Shown: positions 1 through 7,477 of the stretch, one piece after another
Position numbering within the stretch: the first letter of the stretch is position 1
How the letters are laid out: each line of letters starts with the position of its first letter
Source: Candidatus Aenigmatarchaeota archaeon
GTDB taxonomy: Archaea; EX4484-52
Assembly (NCBI GenBank): GCA_023137195.1
Contig: JAGLPV010000052.1
Location: forward strand, 1 to 11,076
Direction of reading: 5' to 3'
Length of the DNA: 11,076 nt
Made by a program: the position numbers and the translations under genes
Notes under the pieces: generated by a model
The model's input: only the letters and a program-made list of their open reading frames with translations
Databases searched by the model: none
Told to the model about the DNA's origin: nothing

Positions 1-9
1 AAAAAATAA

Positions 10-594
10 TTATATCATTAATTGCGCTTTGCGGTACTTTTTCTTTAAATACCATGCGACCAATAGACCGCTTGCAAAACCAAATACATGGGCGGCATAC
101 CCGATTCCCGGCTGAGGGAAAATCATTCCTGTCAGGTCAATAAGAATCCATGCGGCGGATATAAAAATCAACGGCAGGGGGAGTCCGACAAAGTACACTA
201 TTGTAAAAGGGCTGATTAATGTCAATGCTCCTATTACTCCCATTATTGCCCCTGAAGCTCCAAGAGAGGGAACGGTGGGGTAAAAAAAGAGTCCTGCAAT
301 ATTTCCTGCAATTCCTGTTGCAAAATAAACAAAAAGGAATTTCTTTTTGCCTATAATCTGCTCTAAAGTTATGCCGAACATGAGGAGGGCGAACATGTTT
401 TCAAAGAGGTGATTGAAGCTCCCGTGGAGAAACATCGCGCTTACAATCATCCACGGGCGGTGCAAAAACTCAGGAGGGTATAAAATAAGCAGATTTTCAA
501 AGAAGGGCATAATCTGCTGTAAGATATAAAAAACGATATTTATGCCTATTAGTTTGAAACATAGGTAATTTGTATTTACTCTCATCGCTTCCAT
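10..594 (-). CDS. Rhomboid family intramembrane serine protease (GlpG-like)
   Basis: 194 aa with several hydrophobic helices. Rhomboid motifs: PW..SAMFLHGSFNHLFENM, catalytic Ser motif GASGA, catalytic His in AHVFG. TATA-like element about 22-29 nt upstream of ATG 594. Confidence 0.93.
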   Translation of the reverse strand: MEAMRVNTNYLCFKLIGINIVFYILQQIMPFFENLLILYPPEFLHRPWMIVSAMFLHGSFNHLFENMFALLMFGITLEQIIGKKKFLFVYFATGIAGNIAGLFFYPTVPSLGASGAIMGVIGALTLISPFTIVYFVGLPLPLIFISAAWILIDLTGMIFPQPGIGYAAHVFGFASGLLVAWYLKKKYRKAQLMI

Positions 595-653
595 AATTTA
601 ATTATAATGGTAAGATTAATATTCTTATGCGCTAAAATCTGCTTTTGTAAAAT

Positions 654-3600
654 CTAAGAGTTCGTATATTCATCCAGGGATTTAATCTCCAGATTCTGGA
701 GTTTCCTTGATATGATTGCTTCGGTAAATATTTCCGCGATTTTTATGTTGTTGATTAGGGGAACAGAGCAGTCTATGGCGAGTCTTCTCAACATATAATT
801 GTCGCCGTTTGAATTCTGCTCATTTATTCTCGGGATGCAGATAATCAAATCAAGCTTTTTTTCTGTCATGTAATTGTAGATGTTTGGCTGTGTTTTTTCC
901 TTGATTTTATAGAGTTCTGTTGAATTGATGCCGTGTTTTTTGTAAAATTGGGCAGTGTCTTCTGTTGCATAGAGATTGTAATTTTTGCTTTGGAGTTTTT
1001 GGAGGGATTCTGTTAATTTTGCCCTGTTCTTATCTCCGCTTATGCTCACAAGAATGTTTTTTTTTGGGTACTCGAGGTTCGTTGACAATACGGATTTCAA
1101 AAATGCATCATCCAGATTCCTTCCCAGGCATGCGACTTCACCGGTGGAAGCCATCTCCACAGAGAGGAATGGGTCTGCTCCCTTGAGCCGCGAATAGGAA
1201 AACTGTGATGTCTTGACACCCATGTATTTTGGATTTTTTATTTCTACTGAGCCTATTGGTTTGCCAATCATTGCCTGAACTGCTAAATCTATAAAATTAA
1301 CATCCAGGACTTTTGAAATAAAAGGGAAACTGCGGGAGGCTCTTAAGTTGCATTCAATGACCATTATATCTGTGTCTGTTATCAAAAACTGGATATTGAA
1401 CGGTCCTGTAATATTTAAGGCACTTGCTGTTTTTTTTGCAATGTTCTTCATCAGGTTCTTCTCTATGCCACTTATGTTTTGCGTTGGTTGAATCATGGTG
1501 GAGTCTCCGCTGTGCACTCCTGCCTCTTCAATGTGCTCTGATATGGCATAGCATACAATACTGCCGTTGTTTGCGACAGCATCCATCTCAACTTCTTTTG
1601 CATCTTCTACAAATCTTGAAACAACAACAGGGTATTTTTTATTGATGCTTGCTGCTTTTTTTAAGTATTTTAGGAGTTCTTCCTCTGCAAACACTACCTT
1701 CATCGCGGCTCCGCTTAATACATAAGAAGGTCTTATGAGCACAGGATAGATGTCTTTTGCAAAATCGATTGCATCTTCAAGGCTTGTTAGTTGTCTCCAG
1801 ATTGGTTGTTTTATTTCCAGGATGTCCATCAGGTTGGAAAATCTGAACCTATTTTCTGCCCTGTCAATATCTGTTGGGCTTGTCCCGAATATCTTTACTC
1901 CGCTTTTGTAAAAAGGCATTGCCAGATTATTTGGTATCTGACCGCCTACCGAGACTATTATGCCTTCCGGCTTTTCCAGATCATATATATCGCAAATCCT
2001 TTCGAAACTCAATTCATCAAAATAAAGCTTGTCGCATTCATCGTAATCTGTTGAAACTGTTTCCGGGTTGCAGTTAATCATTATTGTTTCGTAATTGTTG
2101 TTTTTCAGGGTCTGGGTTGCGCTTACACAGCACCAGTCGAACTCTACAGAAGAGCCTATCCTGTAACTTCCGCTTCCTACAACAATTGCCTTTGGCATCT
2201 TCTGTCTGTTGTATTTTATGTCGTGCTCAGATGCATCGTATGTTAGATACAAGTAATTTGTTTTGGCGGGATATTCTGCGGCAAGGGTGTCTATCTGCTT
2301 TACATAAGGCACAATGCCGAGAGAGATTCTCTGTTCTCTTATGTCTTTTTCTGTCGTATCTTTCAGCTGGGCTATCTGGGGGTCTGAAAAGCCCTGTTGT
2401 TTTGCTGTTTTTAATAAATCTTTATTGATTGGGCTGTCTTTTATCTTTTGCTTTAATTCAACAAGGTCTTTTATCTTGTATAAAAACCATTTGTCGATGT
2501 ATGTTAAATTGTAAATCTCATCGATGCTCATGCCTTCTTCTATTGCTGTTTCTATTGCAAAGACCCGTTTGTCTGTCGGATGCTTTAGCTCTTCTTTTAG
2601 ATCCTTAAATTTCATGTCATTGCATACTGCACCTGATTTTCCGATGTCCAGCATTCTTATTGCTTTTTGAAGCGCCTCGTTAAAATTTCTTGCGATGGAC
2701 ATTACTTCGCCGACACTTTTCATTTCTGTGTTTATCTGTTTGCTTACATTTGTGAATTTTTCCAGGTCCCATCTTGGAATCTTTAATACTACGTAATCTA
2801 AAGATGGCTCAAAACAGGCGGTTGTTGATTTTGTAACTGAATTTTTTATGTCTGTCAGGCTTTTTCCTATTGCCAGTTTTGCGCCTACGTAGGCTAAAGG
2901 ATATCCTGTTGCTTTTGATGCAAGGGCAGAAGAGCGAGACAGTCTTGCATTTACTTCAATTACACGATAATCGTTGCTGTCTGGGTTCAGGGCATACTGA
3001 ATGTTGCATTCTCCTACTATTCCAAGATGCCTGATTGTCTTTATTGAGATGTCTCTCAAGGAATGATACTGCTCGTTTGTCAGGGTCTGGGAGGGGGCAA
3101 TTACGATGGATTCTCCGGTGTGGATGCCGAGCGGGTCAAAGTTTTCCATATTGCAGACAGTTATGCAGTTGTTATTTTTGTCTCTTACTACTTCGTATTC
3201 TATTTCCTTCCATCCTTCAAGGTATTCTTCTACCAGCATCTGTTTTGTGAGGGAGAAACCCTTCAAAAGCATTTTTTGGAGTTCGTCTTCATCGTAGGCA
3301 ACGCCGCTTCCTGCTCCGCCAAGGGCATAAGCACTTCTTATCATTATCGGGAATTTTATTTTTTTTGATGCAGTCATGCCTTCTTCAACTGAAGTTACGG
3401 CAAAACTTATCGGAGTACTGACATTGATTTCTTTTAATTTTTGCTTGAATAAAGCTCTGTCTTCTGTGTTTTTTATTACGTCTACGCCGGTTCCGAGTAC
3501 TTCAACGTTGTGTTTTTTTAATATGCCTGTATCGTGGAGTTCTACACCGCAATTAAGTGCGGTCTGTCCGCCGAAGGATAGTAGTATGCCGTCTGGTTTT

Positions 3601-3839
3601 TCTTTTTCAATTACTCTTTCAACAAAATATGGAGTAATTGGGAGAAAGTAAATTTTATCGGCTCTGTCCTTGCTGGTCTGGACTGTTGCGACATTTGGGT
3701 TGATTAGGATGACTTCTATGTTGTCGTCTTTTAATGCTTTGATTGCCTGGTTGCCAGAGTAGTCAAATTCTCCTGCCTGTCCTATCTTTAATGCCCCGCT
3801 TCCCAAGAGGAGGACTTTAGTTGGTTTTTTGTCGTCCAT
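654..3839 (-). CDS. carB: Carbamoyl-phosphate synthase large subunit
   Basis: 1061 aa with duplicated ATP-grasp halves: GSGALKIGQAGEFDYSG, NPNVATVQT, GIHTGES, IEVNARLSRSSALASKATGYPLA; second half GSGSYRIGSSVEFDW, NCNPETVSTDYD, RPSYVLSG, GVHSGDS, IECNLRASRS. C-terminal MGS-like domain (YATEDT). Confidence 0.98.
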   Translation of the reverse strand: MDDKKPTKVLLLGSGALKIGQAGEFDYSGNQAIKALKDDNIEVILINPNVATVQTSKDRADKIYFLPITPYFVERVIEKEKPDGILLSFGGQTALNCGVELHDTGILKKHNVEVLGTGVDVIKNTEDRALFKQKLKEINVSTPISFAVTSVEEGMTASKKIKFPIMIRSAYALGGAGSGVAYDEDELQKMLLKGFSLTKQMLVEEYLEGWKEIEYEVVRDKNNNCITVCNMENFDPLGIHTGESIVIAPSQTLTNEQYHSLRDISIKTIRHLGIVGECNIQYALNPDSNDYRVIEVNARLSRSSALASKATGYPLAYVGAKLAIGKSLTDIKNSVTKSTTACFEPSLDYVVLKIPRWDLEKFTNVSKQINTEMKSVGEVMSIARNFNEALQKAIRMLDIGKSGAVCNDMKFKDLKEELKHPTDKRVFAIETAIEEGMSIDEIYNLTYIDKWFLYKIKDLVELKQKIKDSPINKDLLKTAKQQGFSDPQIAQLKDTTEKDIREQRISLGIVPYVKQIDTLAAEYPAKTNYLYLTYDASEHDIKYNRQKMPKAIVVGSGSYRIGSSVEFDWCCVSATQTLKNNNYETIMINCNPETVSTDYDECDKLYFDELSFERICDIYDLEKPEGIIVSVGGQIPNNLAMPFYKSGVKIFGTSPTDIDRAENRFRFSNLMDILEIKQPIWRQLTSLEDAIDFAKDIYPVLIRPSYVLSGAAMKVVFAEEELLKYLKKAASINKKYPVVVSRFVEDAKEVEMDAVANNGSIVCYAISEHIEEAGVHSGDSTMIQPTQNISGIEKNLMKNIAKKTASALNITGPFNIQFLITDTDIMVIECNLRASRSFPFISKVLDVNFIDLAVQAMIGKPIGSVEIKNPKYMGVKTSQFSYSRLKGADPFLSVEMASTGEVACLGRNLDDAFLKSVLSTNLEYPKKNILVSISGDKNRAKLTESLQKLQSKNYNLYATEDTAQFYKKHGINSTELYKIKEKTQPNIYNYMTEKKLDLIICIPRINEQNSNGDNYMLRRLAIDCSVPLINNIKIAEIFTEAIISRKLQNLEIKSLDEYTNS

Positions 3840-3846
3840 AGTAATT

Positions 3847-3877
3847 TTTATAAAGTTGTTTTCGCATAATATATAAT
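3847..3877. promoter_or_regulatory. Overlapping divergent archaeal TATA boxes: TTTATAAA (+, 3847-3854) for a putative small RNA starting near 3879, and TTATATAT-like (-, about 3869-3876) for a near-leaderless carB
   Basis: The plus-strand TTTATAAA ends 25 nt before the GC-rich element begins at G3879. The minus-strand TATA-like box lies about 30 nt upstream of the carB ATG (3839). Spacing fits archaeal TBP promoters; there are no transcript data. Confidence 0.5.
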
Positions 3878-3878
3878 T

Positions 3879-3960
3879 GGGTAAGTCTTGGAAGGTAGGT
3901 ATGTGCCTTGAGGTGCATTCTGCGCGGTGGCAAGCCGACTAATCCTTCTGAGGACCAATT
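3879..3960 (+). ncRNA. Candidate small structured RNA of unknown family (three-way junction)
   Basis: About 54% GC against 16-19% in both flanks (hand count). Closing stem 3886-3895/3944-3953, hairpin 3896-3922, hairpin 3925-3937, outer AATTGG/CCAATT pairing. The many G-U pairs only work on the + strand. TATA upstream and a T-tract (3965-3970) downstream. Confidence 0.55.
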
Positions 3961-4010
3961 TATATTTTTTATTTCCATAATACTTCTTTGTATTAAATCT
4001 CCTGCTTATT

Positions 4011-4847
4011 TTACTCAATCCTTTTTTCATTATCCATATAATTTAATTTTGAAACCACTTTCTTTTTGGTTTCTTCTTCCAGTTCAACTCTTGCATTCTT
4101 TGCGATATTTCCTCCTTTTTTGGCGGAATGCCTGCACTCATTGAATCCTTGCGAATTGTTTGCTTCTGTAATTTCTGTTGTTGCTTTTTCTCCAAGCATT
4201 GTAAAAATTAGCTCTAAATCTGTCATGTGGTCTCTTAAGTTTTGATTTCTTTTGGTTAATCCTTTATGATTTTTATATTCTCCAACCGTTTTTCCAAAAG
4301 TTGCTTTTGAAATCTCGTTTGTCAGGATTGCAAATTCTTTTCCTTCTTTGACTTCTCTTGAGTTCCACTCTTCTGTCAATTCCTGTCGTATGGCGATTCC
4401 TCTTAAGCGTTTGTCAATCCAGTCTTTTGGATATCCTTTTAATTCATAATATTTTTTTACCCTGTCCTGTGCCAACTCAGGATTTTCTATCTCATCGATT
4501 CGGTCTTTTCCCAGTTGCGCCAGCCATTGCTTGAATGGTTCGGCTTTGGGGGAAGGGATTGACTGGATTATGCGAAAAAGAGATTTAATATTGGCGCAAT
4601 CTGTTTCTCTCAACTTTCCATCTGGTGCGGGTAATTTCAACCGGTGACAATTTGTCACCACTTCACTTCCTTCTTCATTTAACCTTTGACTGAGTTTATT
4701 CCAGTATTTTCTGGCTTTTAAGGGGTCTGGTTGATTTGTAAGAATTGCTGTGACATCAACAACAGAAAAATACCACTCTTCATTATGCCAGATTCGTCTT
4801 ATTTTCTTGTCTTCAAAGACGATTAATTTATTGTTTTCTTCCACCAT
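4011..4847 (-). CDS. Bro-N domain DNA-binding protein (phage antirepressor-like family)
   Basis: Motifs IRRIWHNEEWYFSVVDV, YWNKLSQRL, QSIPSPKAEPFKQWLA, GYPKDWIDKRLRG, NLRDHMTDLELIF. Start moved from the ORF-track 4871 to ATG 4847 (278 aa) because a GGAG Shine-Dalgarno lies 4 nt upstream. Overlaps the mazG 3' end by 20 nt. Confidence 0.88.
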   Translation of the reverse strand: MVEENNKLIVFEDKKIRRIWHNEEWYFSVVDVTAILTNQPDPLKARKYWNKLSQRLNEEGSEVVTNCHRLKLPAPDGKLRETDCANIKSLFRIIQSIPSPKAEPFKQWLAQLGKDRIDEIENPELAQDRVKKYYELKGYPKDWIDKRLRGIAIRQELTEEWNSREVKEGKEFAILTNEISKATFGKTVGEYKNHKGLTKRNQNLRDHMTDLELIFTMLGEKATTEITEANNSQGFNECRHSAKKGGNIAKNARVELEEETKKKVVSKLNYMDNEKRIE

Positions 4848-5208
4848 GTTTCTCCTTTTCCTTTTCTTCAAGCCATATTTTTCTTGCTTCTTCTGCCGAG
4901 AGATTTTGACCTGTTTTTAAATAAGGTTTTCTCCTGTTGATTTTGGCTATTGCCTCATCTAAAACCTCTTTTACTGAGAATAATTTTTTCTCTTCTGCCA
5001 TCATGCAAATATGCGCCCAGTCGTGCAGGATGTCGCCCAGTTCTTCTTTTAGATTTTCATTGTCTTTTTTTTCAATGGCTTCAATTACTTCTTCTGATTC
5101 TTTTTTTAATTCATAGCAGTATCCTTCCAGACCTGTTTTTTTTGTCCATGGGTCTTTTTTACAGCTTGTCTTTATCAGTTCAATAAAATCTTCAAATGTC
5201 TGTTTCAT
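4828..5208 (-). CDS. mazG: Single-domain MazG-family nucleotide pyrophosphohydrolase
   Basis: DPW..., E-x-x-E (ESEE) ... EELGD metal-binding motif, KINRRKP and W...K..EK tail typical of the MazG N-terminal domain. ATG 5208 overlaps the carA stop (ATGA) and has a GAGGGGTG SD-like sequence upstream; 126 aa. Confidence 0.88.
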   Translation of the reverse strand: MKQTFEDFIELIKTSCKKDPWTKKTGLEGYCYELKKESEEVIEAIEKKDNENLKEELGDILHDWAHICMMAEEKKLFSVKEVLDEAIAKINRRKPYLKTGQNLSAEEARKIWLEEKEKEKHGGRKQ

Positions 5209-6317
5209 TTTTCGCACCCCTCTATTAATTTTGCAAATTCAGCAAATAAATACTGCGTGTCATTTGGTCCAGGGTTTGCTTCAGGGTGGAACTGGACAGA
5301 CATAAATGGTTTTGTCTTATGTTTTATGCCCTCGTTTGTCTTGTCGTTTGCATTGAAAAACCAGTCCTTCCATTCTTCAGATAATGTTTTTTCATCTACG
5401 GCAAAGCCATGATTCTGGCTGGTGATGTAGCATCGGTTTGTTCCTGTTTCGATGCATGGCTGGTTCTGACTCCTGTGACCGTATTTTAATTTGTATGTCT
5501 TTGCTCCTGCGGCAAGCGCGAGGAGTTGGTTCCCTAAGCAAATGCCGAAAATTGGTTTATTGTATTTTAAGCTCTTTTTTAGAATTTCAATTGTCTTTGT
5601 GCATTTGGCGGGGTCTCCCGGACCGTTTGAAATGAAAACTGCATCGTAAGCAATTCCTTCTTTTATAAAATCGTAATCGTAGGGAACCCTGATGATTTCC
5701 AAATTATTCTTTATTAGATTTTTGATAATTGAATGCTTTACTCCGCAGTCAATCAGGACCACTTTCTTTTTTCCTTCGCCGGAATTGTATTTTATGACTT
5801 TTTTTGTGGTTATGTCTTTTACTAAATCATCATTGTCTGGATTGTAGAAATCAATATCCTGTTCGTCAAAGATTATTTTGCCGAGCATTGTGCCTTTCTC
5901 TCTTATTTTTTTTGTCAGGGCTCTTGTGTCAATGCCTGCAATTGCCGGAATGTCATTTTCTGTTAAAAATTTGGACAATGATTTTACTGCTGTGTGGTGG
6001 CTGTATTTTTGGCAATACTGGCTTACTATAAGACCAGAGACGTGTATTTTTTCTGATTCAAAATTTATGTTTAATTTGTCTTTGTCAGATTCGTTTTTTG
6101 GGACTCCGTAATTTCCGATTAAAGGGTAAGTGAATGTTAATATCTGCCCGGAGTAGGATGGGTCTGTCAGGGTCTGGTTGTAGCCGACCATTCCTGTGTT
6201 AAATACAACTTCTCCGCTCCTGCTGTTCTGTGAACCAAAACTGGTTCCTTCGTAGATAGAGCCATCTTCAAGAACAAGAAAACATTTTTTAGATTTTTTA
6301 TTTGAACTCATCTTCAT
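5205..6317 (-). CDS. carA: Carbamoyl-phosphate synthase small subunit (glutamine amidotransferase)
   Basis: 370 aa. LVLEDG, GEVVFNTGMVGY, LTDPSYSGQI, YPLIGNYG, GIDTRALT, SNGPGDP, catalytic GICLG, TSQNHGF and QFHPE; the class I GATase triad is intact. Confidence 0.98.
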   Translation of the reverse strand: MKMSSNKKSKKCFLVLEDGSIYEGTSFGSQNSRSGEVVFNTGMVGYNQTLTDPSYSGQILTFTYPLIGNYGVPKNESDKDKLNINFESEKIHVSGLIVSQYCQKYSHHTAVKSLSKFLTENDIPAIAGIDTRALTKKIREKGTMLGKIIFDEQDIDFYNPDNDDLVKDITTKKVIKYNSGEGKKKVVLIDCGVKHSIIKNLIKNNLEIIRVPYDYDFIKEGIAYDAVFISNGPGDPAKCTKTIEILKKSLKYNKPIFGICLGNQLLALAAGAKTYKLKYGHRSQNQPCIETGTNRCYITSQNHGFAVDEKTLSEEWKDWFFNANDKTNEGIKHKTKPFMSVQFHPEANPGPNDTQYLFAEFAKLIEGCEK

Positions 6318-6340
6318 CTAAAAATAAAACTTTGTTCTGA

Positions 6341-6398
6341 ATTTTAAAAACCTATGTTTTCAATTTTTTGCATCGTCCCGGAAGAAAAAGAATATATA
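6341..6398. promoter_or_regulatory. Divergent TATA promoters for carA (-, TTTTAAAA about 6342-6349) and the membrane protein gene (+, purine-rich BRE + AATATATA 6391-6398)
   Basis: Each box lies about 21-30 nt upstream of an ATG (6317 and 6419), consistent with leaderless archaeal transcripts. Confidence 0.55.
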
Positions 6399-6418
6399 CT
6401 TCACTTTCATTTATCTTG

Positions 6419-7414
6419 ATGAAATACCTGAAAGAAAAAATAATTGCATCTGTTTTTTTTGTATTGAGTTTGTTTTTTCTTAATAATTCTGGTATTACAG
6501 AGGAGATGATATTGTATGCTGTGACTATGAATTATGCCGGTCTTTCTTTTGGTAATCTGGCGTTGTTTGCCTTGTTTTTTTCTTGTTTTATTGCGATGAT
6601 AGCCTCTTCAAGCGTTGTAAGGGTTGATAAAAAAAACAGGATGTTTATTGGTGGTCTTGTTTTTATTGGATTGTTTGCTTTGACGGGAGTTAGGATTCCT
6701 GTATTGTCTGCCCTGTTATTCTCTCTTTTGACTGGACTTTGTTTTTATTTGTTTATGAGAAAGATTTCAAAAGAAGTGGATGAATTCAAACGAGTAAATC
6801 ATATGAGGGCATTTATGATAATTAAATCAAATACGCACAAATGCTTTTTTTTGATTAGTTTTTTGTTTGCTATTCTTGTTGCATCTCTTGCTGTTGACAT
6901 ATCCGGAATGGATGTCTTTGGAAAAACAGGACTTAATATGGAAAATACATCTATTGAATTGGACAGTGTGGTTGATATGGCAATGGAAATGCAAAAACAA
7001 AGCGCATTTCAGACTGCGGACATGACAAGACTGTTGATAATAGAGAGTGTGTATAAAGACTCCTTGTTATCTGATGGCGAAAAAATAGCATGCCTTAATT
7101 CGATAAATCGCAGTGATGCGCATGTGAGAGAGAAGATAGAGGAAAGTTATTCCGGTCTGGATTTGGAAGAGCTGGATTTAGATTTGCAAAATGCAGGCGA
7201 ATTGAAAATGGAAAATAATCAAAATTCAATATTTGAACAGGCTGATTTTTTAATAACAATAGTGAAAGAATATTATTTTGTGATAGCCGGTCTTGTCGTG
7301 TTTTTTATTGCCTCTTTCTGCGGTTCTATTATTGCGTTACTTTCTTCATTAATTGCTGTTATGCTCCTGAGAGTTACAAGTTCTCTTGATGGGCAGAAGA
7401 AGAATACTTCCTGA
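6419..7414 (+). CDS. Hypothetical polytopic membrane protein
   Basis: About five N-terminal hydrophobic segments, an acidic soluble region of about 120 aa and a long C-terminal hydrophobic segment. Start set at ATG 6419 (331 aa) from TATA spacing rather than the non-ATG start at 6368. No family recognised. Confidence 0.8.
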   Translation: MKYLKEKIIASVFFVLSLFFLNNSGITEEMILYAVTMNYAGLSFGNLALFALFFSCFIAMIASSSVVRVDKKNRMFIGGLVFIGLFALTGVRIPVLSALLFSLLTGLCFYLFMRKISKEVDEFKRVNHMRAFMIIKSNTHKCFFLISFLFAILVASLAVDISGMDVFGKTGLNMENTSIELDSVVDMAMEMQKQSAFQTADMTRLLIIESVYKDSLLSDGEKIACLNSINRSDAHVREKIEESYSGLDLEELDLDLQNAGELKMENNQNSIFEQADFLITIVKEYYFVIAGLVVFFIASFCGSIIALLSSLIAVMLLRVTSSLDGQKKNTS

Positions 7415-7440
7415 TGATTCAATTTGTGATGCAAGAGAAA

Positions 7441-7457
7441 AAAGAAAACTATAAAAA
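7441..7457 (+). promoter_or_regulatory. BRE-TATA promoter (AAAGAAAAC TATAAAAA) for the 7478 gene
   Basis: TATAAAAA at 7450-7457, 21-28 nt upstream of ATG 7478, preceded by a purine-rich BRE-like stretch. Confidence 0.55.
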
Positions 7458-7477
7458 TAATATTTTCTTTATTTGTT

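Noticed and set aside
965-3651. Multiple plus-strand ORFs opposite carB; similar antisense ORFs lie opposite carA, mazG, the primase and the 6419/7478 genes
   Set aside because: Shadow ORFs of real genes with no recognisable protein features.
3879-3957. tRNA or split tRNA, because the element ends in CCA and is ~79 nt
   Set aside because: No TTCRA T-loop, D-loop or four-arm cloverleaf can be drawn.
3875-3960. Known ribozyme: hammerhead (CUGAGGA at 3948-3954), twister (CGGUGGCAAGCCG resembles P4/L4) or HDV-like (CUAA before a stem)
   Set aside because: The hammerhead lacks GAAA and a stem I next to CUGA. The twister pseudoknot partner (GAGCCA) is absent. HDV P1/P3/P1.1 cannot be formed. These remain partial resemblances only.
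3978-3995. Inverted repeat TAATAC-N6-GTATTA downstream of Bro-N
   Set aside because: Only 6 bp and AT-rich, so expected by chance; no second copy noticed.
3840-4010. Cis riboswitch or PyrR-type attenuator for carB
   Set aside because: G-U pairs favour the strand opposite carB, no PyrR consensus is seen, and the likely carB TATA lies between the element and the start codon.
3848-4144. Small ORFs 3848-4030 (-) and 3908-4144 (+)
   Set aside because: Non-ATG starts, overlap with Bro-N, no motifs; the region is better explained by promoters and an RNA structure.
4011-5208. Prophage or transposon around Bro-N/mazG
   Set aside because: No integrase, transposase, structural genes, att sites or target duplications seen.
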